Of a stretch of 64,000 nt of DNA, positions 57,060 through 64,000 are shown in pieces. Position 1 is the stretch's first letter. Each line of letters starts with the position of its first letter. The notes beneath the pieces are model-generated. The model searched no databases. It saw only the letters and a program-made list of their open reading frames with translations, and was not told where the DNA came from. This DNA is from the human T2T-CHM13v2.0 reference genome, Homo sapiens: contig CP068257.2 of assembly GCA_009914755.4 (NCBI GenBank), forward strand, positions 40,320,001 to 40,384,000, given 5' to 3'. Position numbers and translations under genes: made by a program.

Positions 57060-60000
57060 AAGCAAAATACAGTACAAATTTATTGACTCCAATCATTCTT
57101 AGTCAACATTTAAGCAAACTGTAGACAATGGAATTGAATACAAATAAGCAATGGATTAACATTAGATAGAAATCCTATTTTACCATGAATTTTCAGTTCG
57201 AAAAAGCTTATTCCTAAGTAAAATGGAAAAATGACTTACTCTGCTAAGGCATATGACAAAATACACAGAATTATAAAACCATTCGTTTTTCTTTTAACCA
57301 TAAGCATATATTCAATGGAAAACTTGAAATAGCCTTGGACTAATGTTCTGAAAACTAGTATTAACTGAGTATAACTGTGTGAAAAATCTGGACAGCATTA
57401 ACAAATGAAAGAGCACTGAATTCTGTTATTTTAAAGATTTACAGTAAAATACTTTGGTTCCCAAAAGACTGTCTCTAAAAGGAATTTTTAAAAACACCTG
57501 ACATTGTAACTCATTTTTTCTCCTCCAGAATCTAAACACCAATTTTGTCTTCTCCCCAGTCACATGGGAATGCCACAAGCTGGAGTACCCGCTGAGATAC
57601 ACTGAAAGAGCATATTAAAAATTACAAAAAATTAAACTTCTTAAAGTGCTAAAACCACAAAAAGCCATAAATGAAAACCTATTTTTTAAAACTTAAAGTT
57701 TAGTAGTCAGTGTTAAAGAACACTTTTAAAGAGTACGTGTCAGCATTATTTAAATCAATAATGCATTTCACAATTATTGCAGAAGCATCACTGAGACATC
57801 GTAAATTGTCAAACTGACTTGTAATCCAGTTAGATACAATTTATACAGAAATCTATTTGGAATTATACCTAATTACTTTTTACTAAGAAACTTCAAATAA
57901 TTTTACTTCCTGAAGTTCCAGATTACAGTTGTATACACACATGCATGCATGTGTGTACAAACCCAATTTGAGACAACAAAGGCCAACTTTAGATCTGTTA
58001 ATTCTTCCATCTCTCCCTCACCCTGATCAGAGAGTTGGCCTTGTAGGTGCATCCACACCGCACCTCCGTGAACAGACACATTTTATTCCTGTTTCACAGC
58101 AGCTACTCTCATTAGCACCAATGGGACTACATATGGATTCAAACGGTCACTCATTAAGTGCTGGGGCACATTTTTACAGGCAAGGCTATAAACGTTCCAT
58201 TCCAAACCAGAAAACCAAGAACATCACACATCTCCCCACAAATGCAAAGAACATCACTGTTGAATTGTTAGTTGTATATTCTGGTAAAATTATAAATGCA
58301 TACTAACTAGTTTTAAAGGTGAATATTCTACAAATCTTCAAATATTACTGTTAAAATGCACAATATTTGTTACCTCCATTGCTTACTTTGAGTGATAAAA
58401 ACATGTTTTATGTTACTCCTTCCTTCTCCCACATAAAGAAAACGATTCAGTATCAAGTTCTCAGATTAACAAAGAATATATTAAAACATTTTACATTCTT
58501 TCCACAACTGCATAAAAAAGCAGGCATCCTGCATACTTACATGGAATAAAGAGCTTTCTACATTTTCAAAATTAATTACAATCCTAAAATATATTTACAT
58601 GAATATCTTCACTAGCTAATGAGTTGCAACAATTTAAGACCAACTTGTTTTACACCAAGTATTTGCCTACTGGCTGAGATAAACATTCTTAAAAAACTTT
58701 ACTGAATAAAGTAATTAACATATCTTTCATTATTTTACTTCTTAACATTTAAAATAGTTACATGAGTGGAAGCATATTTTTTTTTGACCACCAAAATAAA
58801 CTCTTTCAGCCTAATGCTTTTAAAGTACAGTATAAAAAGTAATAGAAAAACCAGAACGGCATTATAAATGTTTTTGGTTCAAAATTTTATTTGAAATCTT
58901 ATATTCCTTGCTTAGACAAAAATGTGAAGACAAAACACCAGTCATTTTTAAAATCTAACAGATATGCAGAACCTATGTTTAGATCAAAAATATTTTTTTT
59001 TTTTACTGATTAACAATATTATTTTTAAAAAATCTTCGAAAATGTAGCATAAAGGTTTAGGTCCTGGGATACTGAATTTATAATGCCAAGATACTCTGTA
59101 TCATGGAATTATCACCGATAGATACTCTAATGGCCATGTAGGTGATGATTACTCAGGGAAACTGTCTTCTTTTGAAGTGACAGCTACCAAGATGGACAGA
59201 GTAAGAAATACCACATTATACGCGGAATGAATTCAATGTACAATAATCCATCCTGATGTTTCATGTAAACCCATATGCTTTAGTTTTATCCTTAAAATGC
59301 ATAGATTTCTTTAAGAAAACAAAGATGGCAAGAATCAATAACTGCAATTTATTTTCCCTTCTCCATCAAATTTAAGAAAGAATAGGAAGTTAACTACTAA
59401 AATATTGTGGAATTTTGGAGTTTTTTCAAGTGAAAGAATACAAGGCAAAATTTCATATATAATATCCATAATGTACAAAGTCAATCAGTATTTTATAAAA
59501 ATGTCTGGTTCAATAAAAAAAATGAGAATATCTTTCCTACCACTGGTATGGAATGTTGGCAATAAGATTGATGGGTACAGAGTTATTTTCTGCTAGAGCA
59601 CAAATCTAAAATTATTTCTTAATGACAGTAGTTGGCTTTTAAAAAAAATTTGAAAGAATACCTCGTAACACAAACTAGAGTCTAAATTGGTATTACTTTC
59701 TTAAAAGGATTTTGTAGTTTCGTTTTTTTAATACATCTAACTCCCACCCCCACAAGTAAAAGTTTTCCCTTTTGAAACACATTGAACTTTGGATATCCTA
59801 CTGAAAGGCTTTCAATTACAAATTATACATAGTATTCTTTGAAAAGCCCAAAACCCATGGAGCAAAATAAGTAGCTAAAACTAATTTTGGACCACTGATA
59901 GTGCTCTAATACCTATTTTTGAAATATTAAGCAATGATGTAGAGAATGGCCTTGCCCATGATTTTAACCATCAGACCCCCAACAAATTCTAACAGAAATT

Positions 60001-61126
60001 GTCACAAGAGAGAGGCAGGAAAATGTATATGTCGTATATATTGTTCTTGGAAAGCATGTTGAAACTGCAGTGAGGTGTTTCTCCTCTGCTCTATCTGGAA
60101 GTAAATGGTAATTTAGAATTTTACATCAGCTGTGCTAATTCTTGAGTGTCTGGGATCTATGTAAATATATGTCCCGACCTTATTTGTTACACTAATGTTA
60201 AAATCAAAATTAGTGCCATATGGTTAGCTTTGTTTTTTGTCCTAACTACACTCAGATTTTCAATTTGTGACAGCATAAATCAGAGGAAATGAAATATGTG
60301 CAGTCCTTCAAATGCTGGTCTGAATTTAGACTGTGGTGCAGTGTACATGTAACATGGTACAAGTTTTTATAACAATGTCTATCACTACTGAAGCCCTTAT
60401 AAACTGACTGTAGGGGACTTCCATAAATTGTTTTCATTTCCCAGGTCTTCCTTAGAGTTTAACTATCATTTATTATATTGACTGAGAGCAAGTTTTTGTT
60501 AGTTTATAAAAATCTAAGTGTTACTATTGCTGATTTAAATTTCTCACAATTTTCATACAAAAAGAAGTTTTACATGACCACAAAATACCAAATATTTATT
60601 TTTATCAAGTGTCAGGATAACTTATTAAAGTTGAGATTTATCTTTTATTGCTAAAGTAGTCTAAGATATAAATCAATACTGCAAACTACTCCACTTCTTC
60701 CTATTTTGGACTTAAGAACATGGTTAAGATTTAACTAGAACTCAAGTGTCTAAAATAATTAAAAGAAGGAATACTTCGACAGTATTCCACTAATCAATAA
60801 AAAACCAAAAACCTCAATTAAATGATTATACTGACACCATGGAATGAGGAACCATGCACACAATCAAGACTAATCCAATTTCAACATTAATGAAATCAAA
60901 CCATCTTGTTCTTGTAAGGTCCAGAACCACAATATTTTAAAAGCTGTATTTCTAAAGTTAAGGACATTACTAAGTAATTATCAATTTGCCTCCAACTTAA
61001 TTTCAAGCGTAACAATCTCCAACCTTTATTATTCTTGTTTAAAAAATATTTTGTTTCTTATGACACATTTCACAATTCAGGTTGAAATCTGGGGACTGCC
61101 TCCCATAGGTAAAAAGTGTTGGTCTT
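57060..61126 (-). other. ZBTB21: Putative long 3'UTR of ZBTB21. It is repeat-free, AT-rich and carries multiple poly(A) signals.
   Basis: Downstream of the stop codon (lower coordinates) there is about 4 kb of unique AT-rich sequence with no Alu or L1. Minus-strand AATAAA (plus-strand TTTATT) occurs near 60597, 60186, 59347 and 57079, and there are several ATTTA motifs. The distal end is uncertain; I estimated it from expected gene spacing. Confidence 0.45.
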
Positions 61127-64000
61127 TCAATTGTGTGTTTGTTCGTGACTCCAAAGACTAAATGCAGTCTTGAATGTCCTGTGGCAAAGTTTACACATAA
61201 ACTGTCTTTTAAATGTGATTGCTGAAAGGGGTGGGGCATGGTAAAAAAGGGTGTCTGATTCTTGGGGCACAAACAGTTTTTCTGTGGCTGGAGTTGGGTT
61301 TTCGGACAGGCCTGTGGGGCTGTCAGGCTCCAGAGGCTGGATCTTGGGCAGTGGTGGTGGCGGTGGCAGAGGTGGTGGAGAGGGAGAGTTTGTGGGAACA
61401 GGGCACACCTCAGATTCCTTATGTGCCGATTCCTCTGAAGCCTGAGACATGTGCGATTGGAAGTGACTCCAGAGTCGAAAATTAGTGCGAAAAGCTTTGT
61501 TGCACACGTGACAAATAAATGGTTTCACAGAGCACAGAAGCTCCTGGTGACGCTCCAGCTGCTTATGCACCGTGAACATCTTCCCACACTTCTCGCAGGG
61601 CCACAGGCTGGCTTCTTTGCTAGGACCCGCTTCTTTGGGGGCTGTGCTGGCCTCGGGTGCCTCTTCTTCAGCCTCCTCCACAGGCTCCTCTTTGACTTGG
61701 ATTTTCAGTTGCTTGGAAAGACTAAGGTCTTCGGGAAGACAAGAGGAATCTTCCGAGTCGAAGTTAACTTGTTCTGAAGAATCACTGAACACGTTGTCGT
61801 CTTTTGTGGTGACGATGTGGTTTACTTTGTTGGGCTCAGGCTGGGATTGGGGCCTTGAAGAACCAGTCACATCACCATTGTGGTCCAAAACGGGCAAAGA
61901 AAAGTTTTCGGTGGGTGCCATGTTGTTCTGATTATGGACTTCAACCTGGTGCCGCCAGATGCTGAAAGAGGACTTGAAGGTGCGCATGCACTCGAGGCAG
62001 GTCAGCTTCTTATACTCACACTTGCTCTCGTGTTCTTGCTTCAGCTCGGGCGAGAAAAACCTGAGGCTGCAGTAAGGGCAGACGGCCGCGTTCCGGCACA
62101 GCCGCTCGTGGCTTCCTTGCTCTAGGAGAGAAGAGAGCTTAGCATTACAGAGGCGGCACTGGTAAACCTCCTTGTTTTCTACTGGACTTGCAAGAGGAGC
62201 ATGCTCTTTTGGTTTAGCAACTTTATTTACTCCAAGGGGTTTTTCTCCTGGATGCATTTTTATATGCTGCTTAAATTGAGAGAGAAAGCGGTACGCTTTT
62301 CCGCAGTAAGTACAAATGTAAGCTCCTTTGGCTCGAGATCTCAAGTTCCTCTTGATGACTTGCTGTGCTTGGGAGCTACTCTGTCCCTGAAAACCAGGCT
62401 TGCCGCGCCTTAACTTAATGATCAGGGCCTTCTTAATTTCTCTCTCTCTCACTATGTCAATCAGCTTTCTTTGGAATTTTTCATCCAAAACAGCATGTGA
62501 ACTAGAGGCTGGTGATGGGTTCTTCACTATGCCGTGTTGGGTCTGACAGTGTGTCCACACTTTGAAGTTGGTGTGAAACCTCTTGTGACAGATGTCACAA
62601 GCGTAGGGCTTTTCTGGGTTATGGTACATGTTAACATGACGGTGAAGACCTGCTGTTGATCTAAAGATCTTAAGGCAATGTTTGCATTTAAATTTTTTGT
62701 TTGGTCTCGTCCCCTCCAACTCACCAAATTCGTCTTTATTCAAATCAGAATCTGGAAAATCTGCATCAAGGAGAGTAGGGCTTGAGCCTTCCTCAAAATT
62801 ATCTTCTGACACAGGAGACCCGTGCTCATTCACCTTTAACTTCTTAAACGGCAATCTTCGGTCCGCTTGGAACCTCCTTTTTGCTGGGAGTCTGCTCATG
62901 TCTTTTTGGTCATCTTCTGTTTTCAGAGACAGGTCTCTTGTGACCGACGAAGATGAGGCAGCTGCTGTTGTTGCCGCATCTCCCACAGTGACGCGGATGA
63001 TGTCCGAGGGGTCCGACAGCGGGCTGCTGGGCTCAGTCTTTATGCGCACCTCAGTCACAGGGGAAGCTCCCTCCCTGTCTGTTGACTGAGAAGCACTAAA
63101 GGACCTGAGGCGATGCGGTTGTAGCACTTGAGGCCTGTCATCTAGGGCTGTTTTTTCACTACAATCTTTTAAAGATGACTTCTGAGATAAAGCACACAAC
63201 ACATTCCCTGGTGCATCACTGGACACCGAAGATGATCCCTGGGAAGATTTCAAATCTATGGAAGGTGAATAGACAGGAACCTGGCTATCCATCGACAATG
63301 ACCGTCTGAGGAGACTCTTAACAAGTGGGCCACTCCTGTCAATGCTTTGGTTTCCAGAACCAGATCCACTGGATGGGATCACTAAGCCTAACTTTGAATA
63401 GTACAACAAGTTTCTATCTTCACCTTGACCATTTCCTTTGTTAGTTTCTTTTAATAGATAGGGAGTCTCTGATGAGCTACAAACAGACAAAACAGGTGGC
63501 CGTGGTCTCTTCAAAGCCAGCTCTAGAGCTTTTCCTTTTGGAAGCTGACCACTCACACCTGGTTTATCATCCATAGCTTCTCTGTCTTGCAGAGGCTTTG
63601 AAGGCAACACTGCATTTCTTTTCACCAAACTGATTCTATTAGGATCATCCAAAGATCCAGAATGCTCAAGAGACTGTGCATATACCACAGAACTATCTTT
63701 CGGCCAACTCTTTTCAGTTAATGACAAATTATGAAGTGGTTCTATTGGTTTTGGGACATGTGGCTTATTGGTATTGGCCTTGACTGCAATGCTAGGAGAG
63801 GGCCGGGAAGTATGGCTTACATCGGGTTGATTTTGACTAACAGTTTTTCCTTGTGCTTCGTTTCTACTTTGACAAACAATGACACTTCTCTTTTGAGAAC
63901 TGTTTTCATCATCTTCTACAAACACTTTTTTTCTATTAGGACACGTTGGAAAGGGGGCTTGAGGTGTTTTAGAAACGATGTTAGTCAGAAAGGAAATCCC
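61127..64000 (-). CDS. ZBTB21: 3' terminal large coding exon of a BTB/POZ C2H2 zinc-finger protein (ZBTB21/ZNF295). It is 5'-partial because the frame stays open to the window edge. The stop codon TGA lies at 61127-61129 (minus strand).
   Basis: A single uninterrupted minus-strand ORF of at least 957 codons runs to the window edge. It carries about 9 widely spaced C2H2/C2HC fingers (KCKHCLKIF...H, ACDICHKRF...H, CTYCGKAY...H, CLECMRTF...H, CEKCGKMF...H, CHVCNKAF...H, CKLCHRTF...H). Upstream of the track's 'M' (really a GTG) the frame continues as GISFLTNIVSKTPQAPFPTCPNRKK, typical of a BTB C-terminal region. The residue count (about 134 + 932) fits a ~1066-aa BTB-ZF protein. The paralogy-confirmed C2CD2 exon 1 lies about 33 kb downstream, matching known chr21q22.3 gene order. 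The product name rests on recall plus synteny, not on a database search. Confidence 0.8.
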   Translation of the reverse strand, partial: GISFLTNIVSKTPQAPFPTCPNRKKVFVEDDENSSQKRSVIVCQSRNEAQGKTVSQNQPDVSHTSRPSPSIAVKANTNKPHVPKPIEPLHNLSLTEKSWPKDSSVVYAQSLEHSGSLDDPNRISLVKRNAVLPSKPLQDREAMDDKPGVSGQLPKGKALELALKRPRPPVLSVCSSSETPYLLKETNKGNGQGEDRNLLYYSKLGLVIPSSGSGSGNQSIDRSGPLVKSLLRRSLSMDSQVPVYSPSIDLKSSQGSSSVSSDAPGNVLCALSQKSSLKDCSEKTALDDRPQVLQPHRLRSFSASQSTDREGASPVTEVRIKTEPSSPLSDPSDIIRVTVGDAATTAAASSSSVTRDLSLKTEDDQKDMSRLPAKRRFQADRRLPFKKLKVNEHGSPVSEDNFEEGSSPTLLDADFPDSDLNKDEFGELEGTRPNKKFKCKHCLKIFRSTAGLHRHVNMYHNPEKPYACDICHKRFHTNFKVWTHCQTQHGIVKNPSPASSSHAVLDEKFQRKLIDIVREREIKKALIIKLRRGKPGFQGQSSSQAQQVIKRNLRSRAKGAYICTYCGKAYRFLSQFKQHIKMHPGEKPLGVNKVAKPKEHAPLASPVENKEVYQCRLCNAKLSSLLEQGSHERLCRNAAVCPYCSLRFFSPELKQEHESKCEYKKLTCLECMRTFKSSFSIWRHQVEVHNQNNMAPTENFSLPVLDHNGDVTGSSRPQSQPEPNKVNHIVTTKDDNVFSDSSEQVNFDSEDSSCLPEDLSLSKQLKIQVKEEPVEEAEEEAPEASTAPKEAGPSKEASLWPCEKCGKMFTVHKQLERHQELLCSVKPFICHVCNKAFRTNFRLWSHFQSHMSQASEESAHKESEVCPVPTNSPSPPPLPPPPPLPKIQPLEPDSPTGLSENPTPATEKLFVPQESDTLFYHAPPLSAITFKRQFMCKLCHRTFKTAFSLWSHEQTHN

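Noticed and set aside
63923-63925. The 'M' start of the 932-aa ORF in the track (and the 'M' at 24090 of the 213-aa ORF).
   Set aside because: Both codons are GTG on the minus strand (…AAA AAA GTG TTT GTA… and …GTG CGG GGC…). The track evidently allows non-ATG starts. The ZBTB21 frame continues upstream of 63925 to the window edge, so 63925 is not a real initiation site.
61127-64000. Alternative identities for the big zinc-finger exon (ZNF644, ZNF518A/B, WIZ-like).
   Set aside because: The interspersed-finger architecture is similar. However, the exon is preceded in-frame by a BTB-domain C-terminal-like segment (…GISFLTNIVSKT…), the implied total length is about 1066 aa, and it sits 33 kb upstream of a C2CD2 exon 1 whose TMEM24 paralogy is directly visible. 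All of this fits ZBTB21 on chr21q22.3, not those genes. In addition, the published ZNF644 myopia-variant residues as I remember them (I587, S672, R680, C699) cannot be placed consistently on this sequence.

Overview
This window reads as human (primate) nuclear DNA, not a prokaryotic or mobile-element locus. It carries about 24 Alu SINEs, several L1 3'-end fragments, MIR elements, a CpG-island promoter and spliced exons with GT/AG boundaries. I place it in the chr21q22.3 C2CD2-ZBTB21 interval, with both genes on the minus strand. (1) Positions 61127-64000 (-) hold most of the single large coding exon of a BTB/C2H2 zinc-finger protein that I identify as ZBTB21 (ZNF295); the stop codon lies at 61127-61129. 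The frame stays open to the window edge and reads '...GISFLTNIVSKTPQAPFPTCPNRKKVFVEDDENSS...', which looks like the tail of a BTB domain. A roughly 4 kb repeat-free AT-rich 3'UTR follows at about 57.0-61.1 kb. (2) A CpG island at about 23.25-24.55 kb contains exon 1 of C2CD2. The CDS at 23871..23593 (-) encodes 'MAMARLGSW...NEEAERKG', has a GT donor, and has a signal-anchor/SMP-type N-terminus clearly paralogous to C2CD2L/TMEM24. C2CD2 exon 2 lies at 12435..12337 (-) with a clean polypyrimidine-AG acceptor and a GTGAGC donor. Positions 1-23.6 kb are therefore C2CD2 introns 1 and 2, and 24.5-57 kb is the intergenic spacer. I see no novel system such as a defence island, operon or CRISPR array. 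The features worth a second look are structural. These are an ~870-bp GT-rich higher-order repeat abutting the C2CD2 promoter, a 22-bp C-rich minisatellite in intron 1, a (CT)n(CCCT)n polypyrimidine tract, several inverted Alu pairs, small local duplications, and the long 3'UTR of ZBTB21 carrying many candidate poly(A) signals. Most ORFs of 60 aa or more in the six-frame track translate Alu sequence, the CpG island or simple repeats. Several track 'M' starts (63925, 24090) are actually GTG codons. Coordinates of repeats are approximate (+/- about 10 bp).
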